Shown here: one piece after another, positions 52,067 to 61,196 of the stretch
Layout: each line of letters starts with the position of its first letter
How positions within the stretch are numbered: the stretch's first letter is position 1
NCBI GenBank assembly: GCA_963737905.1
Contig: CAVTUQ010000036.1
Coordinates: forward strand, 1 to 64,000
Direction: 5' to 3'
Source: an uncultured delta proteobacterium
Lineage (GTDB): Bacteria; Desulfobacterota; Binatia; UBA9968
Length of the DNA stretch: 64,000 nt
Position numbers and translations under genes: made by a program
The notes under the pieces: model-generated
The model's input: the letters and a program-made list of their open reading frames with translations, nothing else
Databases searched by the model: none
Told to the model about the DNA's origin: nothing

Positions 52067-55000
52067 TCACGCTTTCTCCACATTACAAACGAACGCTTTT
52101 GCCTCGTGCATCGAAACGTTCGGATCGGCTACGAGGGACGTCAACTCGTTGACCACGTCTCCCCTGCTTAAGCCCTCGTAACCCCAGTGCCAGGGCATGC
52201 CGACCTGGTGGATGACTTTGCCCTCAATCGTGAAAGGGCGCATCCGGCGTGTAACGAGCGCCTTGGCACGGACGGTTCCACGAGGACTCGAAATCTTGAC
52301 CCAATCGAGGTTCGCGATTTTTTTCTCAGCGGCCAGCTCGGGACTGATCTCGATGAAAAGCTCAGGCTGCAGCTCGGCGAGCCACGGGAGCCAGCGACTC
52401 ATCGCTCCGGCGAGATAGTGTTCGGTCAGCCGGTACGTGGTAATGACATGGGGGTATTTCGGATCGCCCACCTGTGCCAACGGATTGCCGGCATCCTTCC
52501 AGTATTTGAACACCGGACTGTTTTGTTGCTGGTAGAGCGGATTTTTAACCGGCGATTCGGCCGGCTCGTAATGGGTCGGTAACGGGCCGTCCACCAGGCC
52601 CGCCGGCACGAAAAGCCAACCCACGCCGTCGGGCCGCATAATGAAGGGAGCGGTACCGGGAAGCGCATCCATGCCCGCCGCGCCCGGCTTCGCTTTATCA
52701 TTAGGCGGTTTCGTCGCAATGTAGTCCGGCACATCATAACCGACCCATTTTTTTGCCTCCCCATCCCACCAAACCCACTTTTTCCTCTCGCTCCACGGCT
52801 TCCCTTCGGGATCGGCGGACGCGCGGTTGTACATCACCCGCCGGTTCGCCGGCCAGGCCCAACCCCAGTTTAGCTGCGCACCGGGCTGACCGGGTGCGTC
52901 GGGCGTGCGCCGGTCGGCAAGATTTTTGCCCGCTGCCGGCAAAACCCCCGAGTAAATCCACGATGCGCAGGTGGTCGAGCCGTCGTCCTTCAGCTCGCCG
53001 AAGCCGACGCAATGGCGAGCGGGGTCTTCGGTGAAGAAGCCATTCAGCTCCTTTAGAATCTTCGCCGACGAAGGCTCGCCTTTTTTGCGCTCGTTTTCGT
53101 CCTCATGCTCGTAGTCCCAGACGAGATTTTTAAAACCCTCGTCCCGCGGCAGAGTGGAATTTGCATAGAGCTTCTTCAGGCGTTTGCCAAGCTCGTAATA
53201 GAACCAGGTATCGGACCGGCAATCACCGGGCGCCTCGGCGGCTTTGTGATGAAATTGCAGCAGCCGCTGCGTATTGGTGAAGGTGCCTTCGACCTCGGCG
53301 ATCTGGGTGGCGGGGAGAAAAAAAACTTCGGTCTTGATGTCCGCTGTCTTCACCTCGCCGTTCTTGACCTCGGGCGCGTTCTTCCAAAAAGTGGCGGTCT
53401 CAGTGAGCCAGTTGTCTTTCACGACCAGCCATTCGAGTTTCCTTAGCGCTGACCGGTCCAGCTTGGCGTTCAGCGACGTGGCCGGGTTCTGCCCGACGCA
53501 AAACATCCCCTTCACCGCGCCGGCGTTCATCGCCACGAACATGGCCATGTGCGAGTGGTCGCCAAGAATCTTCGGGTGCCAGTCCCAGCCGAATTGGTTC
53601 TCCTTGGTCGCAGCGTCCCCATATATGGACTTGAGATACGAAACGACGAATTTCGGCATGTTCGCCCAATAGCCCGTCGGCAGCGTCTCGCCCGCGAGGT
53701 AGTCCTGCAAGGTGTCGTGCTTCTTGAGCGCCGTCGGCGCCGACATATAGCCCTGGATCGAGTGGTAGAGCGTAGGAACGTCCGTCGAGCCCTGGATGGA
53801 GGCGTGGCCGCGGAGTGCCATGACACCCGGCGCCTGGCCGGCCGATATTCCCCAGAGAGCAGCTGAAGCAGCGCGCAGGCGCCGATGATTTGGACTCCGT
53901 AGGTGTGCTGTGTCCAGGCAACGGCATAGGCGAATGAAGTCGTGCGATCCGCGCCCGAATTGGCCAGAAGGGTCTCGGCGACCTTGAGAAACGTTTCCTT
54001 GGGGCAGCCGGTGGTCTTCTCGACCATCTCGGGCGTATAGCGCGCGAAATGTCGCTTGACGATCTGGAAAACCGTCCGCGGATTCTGAAGCGTCTCGTCT
54101 CTCAGCGGCGGCGGCTTTACCAGAGATGCCACCAGCGGCGCGAACGGCGGCCCCACTGGGGCTCTGCCTGGCCGCCGGCGCCGGCGCGGATGTGGCGTCG
54201 CGACGTCTTGGTTCCGTCGGGACCCGAGGACACGATGGTTTCGCCGGACTGCGCAGTCGCCGCCGCCCGACCCTGTTCCCCGACCTTGGTTCGCGCATAC
54301 TGCCAGCTCGCGCCGTCGTACTGGTTGGTAATACCGTTGAACGGCCATTCGTCTACGCCGCCCTTGGACTGCAGGAGTCCCGAAAATACTCCGTTCAGTT
54401 CTTCGGTGTCCTTGAAGTCCTCGTTGATGATCGTCGCGGCATTCGTGTAGTTCACGACGAAGGTCTTAAAGAACGGGTCCTTGTTCCATTTCTCGCTGTT
54501 CAAGACGTAATTGATGACACCGCCCAGGAAGGCGATGTCCGACCCCGCGCGGACCGGAGCGTAAATATCGGCGACTGCGCTGGTGCGGGTGAAACGCGGA
54601 TCGACGTGGATAATCTTCGCGCCGTGTTCAACTTTGGCCTTCATGGGCCAGCGGAAAGCCACCGGATGGTTCTCCGCCATGTTGGATCCCATGACGACGA
54701 TGCAGTCGGAGTCCGCCATGCTGCGAGGGTAGAGGGTAGCCGCGCCGCGGCCGAATCGTGTCCCCAGACCGGGGACGCTAGAGCTGTGTCATATCCGCGC
54801 TTGATTCTCGATCGCGACTATTCCCAGACCGCGCATGAGTTTCTGGCAAACGTGATTGAACTCGATCTCGAGAGTGGCGCCGCCCAACGCAAAGATCGCC
54901 GGCGTCATATTGACGAGCTTGCCGTTGGGAAGCTTTTCGATGAAGGTCTCGTCGCGCGTGTTCTTGGCCAGCTCGGTGATCCGGGTCATCGCGCGCTCGA

Positions 55001-55364
55001 TGTCCCATACCTCCCAGTCGGCCGCTCCCGCAGCCCGATGAAGGACCTGCGTCGGTCGATTGGGATTCACATGGAGCTGGAAGATCGCCGCGCCCTTCGG
55101 ACAGAGCGTCCCTTCGTTGTGAGGACTGCGGGGATCGCCCTCGATGTTGACGATATGTCCGTCCACCGTATGGACCAGCGTGGCGCAGCCCACCGAGCAA
55201 TAGGGGCAGAGGCTCGGCGTTACCTTGGCATTTTTGATTCTGAGCTCCTGGGCCCGCGCTATGGTTGGCCCGAGGTTAACGCCGGAGCCGACAAGTCCAG
55301 CTAGCGCCGTGCCACTGGCCGCGCCAACAGAAAATCGGAGAAAGTCACGCCTGGAGACATCCAT
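52067..55364 (-). CDS. fdnG: Selenocysteine formate dehydrogenase alpha subunit (FdnG-like, Tat-exported); indels near 54170 and 53840
   Basis: SRRDFL, CPYCSVGC...CPKG, NQARI-TGA-HS in frame with the downstream ORF, ALRGH, TTYRLTEH. Confidence 0.92.
54760..54791 (-). promoter_or_regulatory. UGA selenocysteine codon and bacterial SECIS hairpin
   Basis: TGA (54789-54791), 12 nt, then GTCCCC-GGTCT-GGGGAC. Confidence 0.85.
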
Positions 55365-55441
55365 GGACGCACCTCCAACTTAAGTGAACATTAAGGCAGG
55401 TTTCTATACCCATAGTCGTACCTTCTAACGTTGTCAAGCGT

Positions 55442-55930
55442 TCAGGCCTTGATTTGGTCAGACCCATCCCTCTGCTTCAGCATACGCAAACAAACCACTA
55501 GTGAAATGATCAGAATCGTCAAGAGCCCGAGCTCGATCATTGCATTATAAAATCCTTCTTTGGTTTCCTTGGCCAATTTCGACATTTCGGCAGTCAATAC
55601 GAGAATCCGCCGGGTCACGGCAATCAATCCCACGACTAGAAACGGCTCTGGTTGCAATACGTGTTGGCGGAAGGAGACTTGAACGGTGTAGAGGACTTCC
55701 ACAAATATAACAACCAGCAAAATGCGATCGAGTAGAAAGACGATGTTTTCCGTCAGTGTACCGGTCGCTAGGTAGCGCCCGAAATACACTATCTCGTTAA
55801 CGAGAAGCGTGAGCGCGATGGCCGCAAGCAGCAGCCCCAGGCCAACGTAGATGGTATCCTCGGCGCGACTGAACCACAGAGTGATCCATTCTTTCACGCG
55901 GCCGGAGTGGCGTTGCCCGCTGTTACTCAT
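55442..55930 (-). CDS. PsiE-family membrane protein
   Basis: LDRILLV...EVLYTV...EPFLVVGLIAVTRRILV. Confidence 0.85.
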   Translation of the reverse strand: MSNSGQRHSGRVKEWITLWFSRAEDTIYVGLGLLLAAIALTLLVNEIVYFGRYLATGTLTENIVFLLDRILLVVIFVEVLYTVQVSFRQHVLQPEPFLVVGLIAVTRRILVLTAEMSKLAKETKEGFYNAMIELGLLTILIISLVVCLRMLKQRDGSDQIKA

Positions 55931-55961
55931 CAAATCAGAGGATCTAAACTGCCAGAATGGG

Positions 55962-56232
55962 CTAGCTTCCCCCTTGTTTTGTCGGCGCGGATCGCTCAGT
56001 ATCCGCGGGCGCACCGAGCGAGCGTAAAGCCCGAAGGACATCAGCTAAACTTACGGGCTGCGGCCCTTCCATACCTTCCTCTTCGGCGACTTGCAACTCT
56101 CTCACGTCATATTCCCACCGATGCAAAATCTGTATCTTTTGGTCCCGCGAAAGATCCTTCTCTGCCAAGACATCGTCAAGGGGTTCTGAAAACTAAGCCG
56201 GGATCAAGCACGGCTTTTTCAACATCGATCAT
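55962..56232 (-). CDS. Small hypothetical protein, frameshift near 56180
   Basis: MIDVEKAVLDPGLVFRTP/DDVLAEKDLSRDQKIQILHRWEYD...AEEEGM. Confidence 0.7.
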
Positions 56233-56406
56233 AAGATACTCCCACTTTATCCCAACGTCGATATGAGCTTCGATAACTGATCTTTCTTCGCAGGTCCGGA
56301 TCAACGCACTTTCTCGAAGGCTATGGCCGCGAGGCGCGAAAACCGTGCCTCGACTTCAAACCGTCTCGACCGGAGCAAAATTCTATGGACGAGCACAACC
56401 CCCAGA

Positions 56407-57250
56407 TTAGCGTCTGCGTCTACCCGTATCGGACCGGGTCGCCCCTCCTGCGGGTGTAATCGTGCAAATCGCATCGGCTGCTTCAATTTTTAGTACCAGC
56501 GACTCGGTCACGGCAAAGTTTTCATGAGCCGCATCGGGAGTTAGATAAGCGATCTGCAAATCCTGCCCGATAACGATGGAGCCTACATCGTTGGCCACCA
56601 AGACGCCGCCGTCGATATTGGCTTTGACGATTCCCCGTGTGCAGAGCCGCTTGAGATGCTCGATCTGCAAGAGGATCGGAGCCGGGATAGCGGCGAAACA
56701 GGTTATTGTACAGAGCCGGCGCCAATGCGAGCCCGTAGGGGCCGCGGTAGCCTTTACCGTCGAGAGTATTGACTGCTGCGATTACATTTTCTAGGACTTG
56801 ATCGACGCTGGTCCAATCTCCTCCTTGCAAGGTGTTTCGGCCGTCTGCGTTTAGTAGCCCTTGCAGATGAAAGTCCGGCTGGCCCTGGTAAATAAATTCT
56901 TCCTCTCGCATCGCCACTGCCTGAGCGGCATCCTCCACCATCTTGAGATTCAGAGGTTGTCCCATTTCTTCAAACGCCGCGATGCGTCGTTTGGATATCG
57001 AGAACCGACGATAGATCATGGGAAGAGATACAGCGTGGCTGAGCACAGCGCTTGCCTCGTCTGGACCGGGCTGGCGGCATAGATCGTCGTTTCCCACTTC
57101 CACTGTGGTCAATCCAAGGCCATACGGTCCTTCGACGTCGATGATCCGGCGACCCGACAAAATGTCCCGCGCTGCCGAGACGGCAGCCTCTTCGATTTGC
57201 CTCATCATATCCGGCGAAAAAGTTTGCGACGGGCTTAAATTTTCAGTCAT
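56407..57250 (-). CDS. Family 1 encapsulin shell protein (Linocin M18-like), 1-nt insertion near 56675
   Basis: LSGRRIIDVEGPYGLG, AVAMREEEFIYQG, GYRGPYGLAL, IGQDLQIAY, ESLVLKI...AIC. Confidence 0.9.
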
Positions 57251-57632
57251 GGCTGCTTCCTTTCATGTCGCCGACTGTAGCTCGTGCGCTCGGACGGTTG
57301 CCTTTAGCGCTGCCTTCTTTTCCCCCAGTGGCCGCTTCTTCGAGCTCCGTGATCTCGCCGGTCGTAAATAGATAGGTTTTCAACGCTTCGTCAAATTTAG
57401 GGGTATTACGCCGAATCCATTCGAGAGCCATGGAAAAGTGCTCGATCTCTTCATTCATGTTGTGCTCCAAGATCGCGCGTAGCTGCGAATCAGTGCAGGC
57501 TTCGGCGCGTTGCCGATACCAGTCGATGGCTTCGAGCTCTTCCATCACTGAGACCATGGCACGATGGAAGTTTATGGTTTCAGGCTTTAGTTTATCCACG
57601 GGCTCATGCAGTGTCGTGCTAGCTTGAGGCAT
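57243..57632 (-). CDS. Encapsulin-associated ferritin-like protein (EncFtn/Flp) with C-terminal targeting peptide
   Basis: LHEP, HRA..S..EELEAIDWYRQR, HN.NEEIEH..M.LEWIRR, YLFT; tail ATVGDMKG. Confidence 0.92.
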   Translation of the reverse strand: MPQASTTLHEPVDKLKPETINFHRAMVSVMEELEAIDWYRQRAEACTDSQLRAILEHNMNEEIEHFSMALEWIRRNTPKFDEALKTYLFTTGEITELEEAATGGKEGSAKGNRPSARATVGDMKGSSHD

Positions 57633-57721
57633 AAAATCTCCTTTTTTGAATGTTTAACAGTTATGTCTGACTAGGCCGATTTCAAATCCTTCCCGAACTC
57701 AAATCAGAAATGTTTCGTTCT

Positions 57722-57736
57722 GCAACTGCTGCGCCA
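57722..57736 (-). promoter_or_regulatory. sigma54 -24/-12 promoter of the ferritin-encapsulin operon
   Basis: TGGCGC-AGCAG-TTGC, 90 nt upstream of the ferritin start. Confidence 0.7.
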
Positions 57737-57984
57737 TGGAGTCGATGAAAAAACCAGCATTGCCAGTCTTGTCGGCGCAGTCCTTTCACACAAGCTTACT
57801 AACTATCATTTCAATGTAGCATTTTCGAAGCAAAAAAGTGCTCCGGCAATAATTTTTTGTTGAGGAGCGAAAGTATTCTACGGACGAATCGTTTAATAGT
57901 TGTACGGATTTGCCTTCCAAAACAGATGAACGAAACCGTACGAAAAATTCTACATGCTTTTCAATCCCATTATTTACACCACGA

Positions 57985-57999
57985 TGGCACAGGCATTGC
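57985..57999 (+). promoter_or_regulatory. sigma54 -24/-12 promoter
   Basis: TGGCAC-AGGCA-TTGC, exact consensus. Confidence 0.8.
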
Positions 58000-58071
58000 G
58001 TTCTAATAAGCAAGAGGACGTCGGCACAAACCTGATCTCTTAATAAAACTTGCAACTCAAGGAGGAATTTT

Positions 58072-58155
58072 ATGGCAAAAGGCTTTTTCTTATGGCTTCT
58101 CGGAGTTCCGTTCGGATTAATCGCAATGCTCTGGCTGTTTGGTTTTCTCAGCTAG
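58072..58155 (+). CDS. 27-aa hydrophobic microprotein MAKGFFLWLLGVPFGLIAMLWLFGFLS
   Basis: Strong RBS AAGGAGG, upstream sigma54 promoter, single TM helix; below the ORF-track cutoff. Confidence 0.75.
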   Translation: MAKGFFLWLLGVPFGLIAMLWLFGFLS

Positions 58156-58173
58156 TATACAGGAGGCTAGAAC

Positions 58174-58392
58174 ATGAAACCGGCAGTCTTCATCGGAGTT
58201 ATTTTAATTGTGCTCTCGGTATTGTCTTTCGCTTATCGAGGAATCACCTATACAACTCGTGAAAAAGTCATCGACGTCGGCCCCATCGAAGCGACTGCGG
58301 AAAAACAAAAAACGATTCCACTGCCTCCCGTCTTCGGCGCGATTGCGCTGATCGGCGGGATCGCTTTGGTGATTATCGGCAACAAGAATTAG
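58174..58392 (+). CDS. Small two-TM membrane protein (DUF3185-like)
   Basis: GITYTTREKVIDVGPIEAT...TIPLPPVFG; RBS GGAGG. Confidence 0.8.
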   Translation: MKPAVFIGVILIVLSVLSFAYRGITYTTREKVIDVGPIEATAEKQKTIPLPPVFGAIALIGGIALVIIGNKN

Positions 58393-58398
58393 ATATGG

Positions 58399-58580
58399 GA
58401 TCCGTTTCGGACCCGTTTCCCTCCGCCCATTGGCGGTCGAGCGGCGATAGAGCCCACCGGCCTCATTGCCAATGGCTCCTCCTTCCATCGAGCGGCCTCC
58501 TTTCGATTAAATCGTTGATTTAGGAGGCCGCTCCCCGCATACCACAGCGGGATATTTAGAATACGAACATAAAGCGGATC
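58399..58580. other. Multi-stem structured intergenic element
   Basis: Stems 58399-58404/58575-58580, 58427-58434/58468-58475, 58490-58501/58522-58533, 58534-58538/58547-58551. Confidence 0.5.
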
Positions 58581-58631
58581 GGCTCGTGTCCTGGAACTAA
58601 AGTTCGCAAAATAAATCAGCGCGCGCCCCAC

Positions 58632-58729
58632 CGTTATACCCGCGAAAGTGGGTATCCAGAAGTTTTTGATTTTCCTGGATTCCGGGTCGCGCTACCCCGG
58701 ACTCTGATCCGGGGTTGCCCGGAATGACG
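58632..58729. repeat. REP-like double-hairpin repeat (GTCATTCCGGGC...GGAATCCAG...CTGGATACCCACTTTCGCGGGTATAAC on minus)
   Basis: Typical paired palindromes. Confidence 0.7.
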
Positions 58730-58852
58730 CCTATATTATTCAACGGACTTCGGGAACACCACATTAGTTTGACAGGTATCATTCGGTGGCGATAAGCTCA
58801 CAAAAAATTCACGCAAGACTGTTTTTGAAGAGGAAGCTCGATAGGAGGCAGG

Positions 58853-61072
58853 GTGAGTTATCAGATCGTTGGGCAGCCGGTACCGAGAACTGATAATACC
58901 GGAAAAGTCACTGGAGATGCGCACTACACTTCAGACATTTTGTTGCCAGGTACATTATGGGCGAAAACTCTTCGGAGCCCGTATCCCCACGCGCGCATTA
59001 CGGGGATCGATATTTCCCGCGCCGAGAAAGCGCCGGGTGTGCGCGCCGTGCTTACCGGTGCCGACGCGCGCGGAATTCTTTATGGCCGACGTTACCGCGA
59101 TATCACCGTGCTGGCGCAAGATCGCGTCCGGTTCATGGGTGAGCGCGTAGCGGCGGTGGCGGCGGATACGCTGGAGGAAGCCGAACAGGCGCTGGAGCTT
59201 ATCGATGTTAATTACCAGGAGCTTCCCGCAGTCCTCGATCCGGTCGCAGCCTTGCAGGAAGGCGCTCCCATCATTCACCCGGACGTGAACAGCTACCCCG
59301 GACTGCCCAAGCTTTTAGAGACCCCTTCCAACGCTTTTGTCCGCGATGTTTGGACTCACGGCGACATCACCGAAGGATTCGCTCGATCGGATCTGGTTGT
59401 TGAAAACACATTCACAGTCCCGCGCGTTCATCAGGCGTTTCTCGAGCCGCATTGTTGCCTGGTTTGGATCGATGATCAAAATCGCGTGCAGATGTGGTCG
59501 CCCAACAAGGTGCCGCACGGACTGAAAGAAAGTATGTCCGCCGCCTTCAATATTCCTGCGGAGAGAATCCGGGTCAATCCGGTGGCCATCGGTGGCGACT
59601 TCGGCGGCAAAGGCGCTCCAGTAGATGAACCGATCTGCTATTTGCTCGCTCTGCGGAGCGGTCGCCCGGTTAAGATGGTGATGGAATACCGAGAAGAGTT
59701 TGTTGCCGGCGCGCCGCGGCATGCAGCGCTTCTAAGATTAAAAACCGGCGTCAAGAAGGACGGGACGATTGTCGCCCATGAGATGGACGCCTATCTGGAC
59801 AGCGGCGCCTACGGAGGATTTCGACCGGGAGCGGTTGTGGGGGGTATCGCTCACGCCGGCGGCTGCTATCGCGCCCCGCATGCGCGGATCAGCGTCTCGC
59901 GCGTCTACACGAACAATATTCCCGGCGGCCAGATGCGGGCACCGGGCGAACCCCAGGGGTTTTTCGCCGCGGAATCGCACATGGATTGCGTTGCGCGCAG
60001 GCTCGGAATGGATCCCCTAGATTTTCGCCTGAAGAATTTGATCGAGGAAGGTGAATCGACGCTTACCGGTGGACACTATCGCGGAATAAAAGCGAAGGAG
60101 ACCCTTAAAGCGGCGACCAAGGCCGCCGCATACAACGCTCCCAAGGCGCACAACGTAGGTCGCGGTATCGCGATGGGCTACCGAGGACCGGGGGCAGGAA
60201 ATACTTCGTTGAAGATTGCCCTCAACCCCGACGGATCGGTGGTCATCCACACATCTTTATTCGAACAGGGCACCGGTACCTATACGACTCTGAGACAAAT
60301 CACCGCTGAGGAGCTGGCCTGCGATCCTGACGAAATACGGATCGAAATATTGGATACTGATTCTGGCGTTCCTTTCGATAGCGGTATCGGCGGTAGCCGG
60401 GGCACCCGGGTGGCCAGTGGTGCGGCATTTCAGGCTGCACGGGCAGCCAAAGAGGAGTTGCTGGGTCTCGCCGAAAAACTGCTCGGATGGCCGAAGAGCG
60501 AGACGGCCTTCATGGGAAGAGAGCTCGTCCATAGGAAGACTCGAAAACACCAACCTTGGGGCGAACTCCTCTCTCGGGTGGGTCGCTCCATCGTTGGTGA
60601 GTCGGTCAATCGAGACGACGACCATTCTCCGGTAACCGCGTTTGCGGCTCAAGTCGCCGAGGTCGTCGTAGACACGGAAACCGGCGAAGTGAAGCTACGT
60701 TGTCTCACTACAGCCCATGATACGGGAGCTATTATGAACCCCGTCGGCCATCAGGGCCAGATTGATGGCGGCGTCGTTCAAGGCGTCGGTTATGGTTTGA
60801 TCGAGTACCTGCCCGTGCAAGAAGGGCGCGTGGGAACAGCGCACTTTGGCGAGTATAAAATTCCCACGGTCAAGGACATTCCTGAATTAAAAACCGTGCT
60901 AGTCAAAGGGGAGGATGGCGTCGGACCTTACAAAACCAAGGGCATCGGCGAGAATCCCATATCGCCGGTGGCGCCGGCGATAGCGAACGCCATTGAAGAT
61001 GCCGTCGGAGTGAGAATCCGCGATCTACCCATCACTGCAGAAAAGATTTACGCGGCGATGCGCGAGCGGTAG
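58853..61072 (+). CDS. Xanthine dehydrogenase-family molybdopterin-binding subunit
   Basis: KVTGDAHY, LRSPYPHARI, IGGDFGGK, MRAPG, GQIDGG, KGIGE. Confidence 0.93.
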   Translation: MSYQIVGQPVPRTDNTGKVTGDAHYTSDILLPGTLWAKTLRSPYPHARITGIDISRAEKAPGVRAVLTGADARGILYGRRYRDITVLAQDRVRFMGERVAAVAADTLEEAEQALELIDVNYQELPAVLDPVAALQEGAPIIHPDVNSYPGLPKLLETPSNAFVRDVWTHGDITEGFARSDLVVENTFTVPRVHQAFLEPHCCLVWIDDQNRVQMWSPNKVPHGLKESMSAAFNIPAERIRVNPVAIGGDFGGKGAPVDEPICYLLALRSGRPVKMVMEYREEFVAGAPRHAALLRLKTGVKKDGTIVAHEMDAYLDSGAYGGFRPGAVVGGIAHAGGCYRAPHARISVSRVYTNNIPGGQMRAPGEPQGFFAAESHMDCVARRLGMDPLDFRLKNLIEEGESTLTGGHYRGIKAKETLKAATKAAAYNAPKAHNVGRGIAMGYRGPGAGNTSLKIALNPDGSVVIHTSLFEQGTGTYTTLRQITAEELACDPDEIRIEILDTDSGVPFDSGIGGSRGTRVASGAAFQAARAAKEELLGLAEKLLGWPKSETAFMGRELVHRKTRKHQPWGELLSRVGRSIVGESVNRDDDHSPVTAFAAQVAEVVVDTETGEVKLRCLTTAHDTGAIMNPVGHQGQIDGGVVQGVGYGLIEYLPVQEGRVGTAHFGEYKIPTVKDIPELKTVLVKGEDGVGPYKTKGIGENPISPVAPAIANAIEDAVGVRIRDLPITAEKIYAAMRER

Positions 61073-61089
61073 CATCCGGAACCGTTAAG

Positions 61090-61167
61090 AGTTCAAGGTT
61101 CAAAGTTCCAGGTTCAACGTTTCGGACTCTGTTCAGACCTTGAACATTGAACTTTGAACATTGAACG
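61090..61167. repeat. Heptamer-unit hairpin (GTTCAAG)n / (TTGAAC)n between convergent genes
   Basis: Four GTTCAA-like units followed by four TTGAAC units. Confidence 0.8.
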
Positions 61168-61196
61168 TGAATGATCCCGCGTTGCCCGTAAAATTC

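Noticed and set aside
54126-55304. 392-aa plus-strand ORF and other long antisense ORFs (e.g. 62395-63408, 7460-8134)
   Set aside because: Shadow frames of well-supported genes on the opposite strand in GC-rich DNA.
54789-55364. 191-aa ORF as a separate small Fdh subunit
   Set aside because: Its stop is the in-frame Sec codon with a SECIS.
56660-56690. Programmed frameshift in the encapsulin gene
   Set aside because: No slippery heptamer, and similar indels are widespread in this window.
61090-61167. Short repeats as a possible CRISPR array
   Set aside because: Heptamer units in inverted arrangement with no unique spacers and no cas genes.
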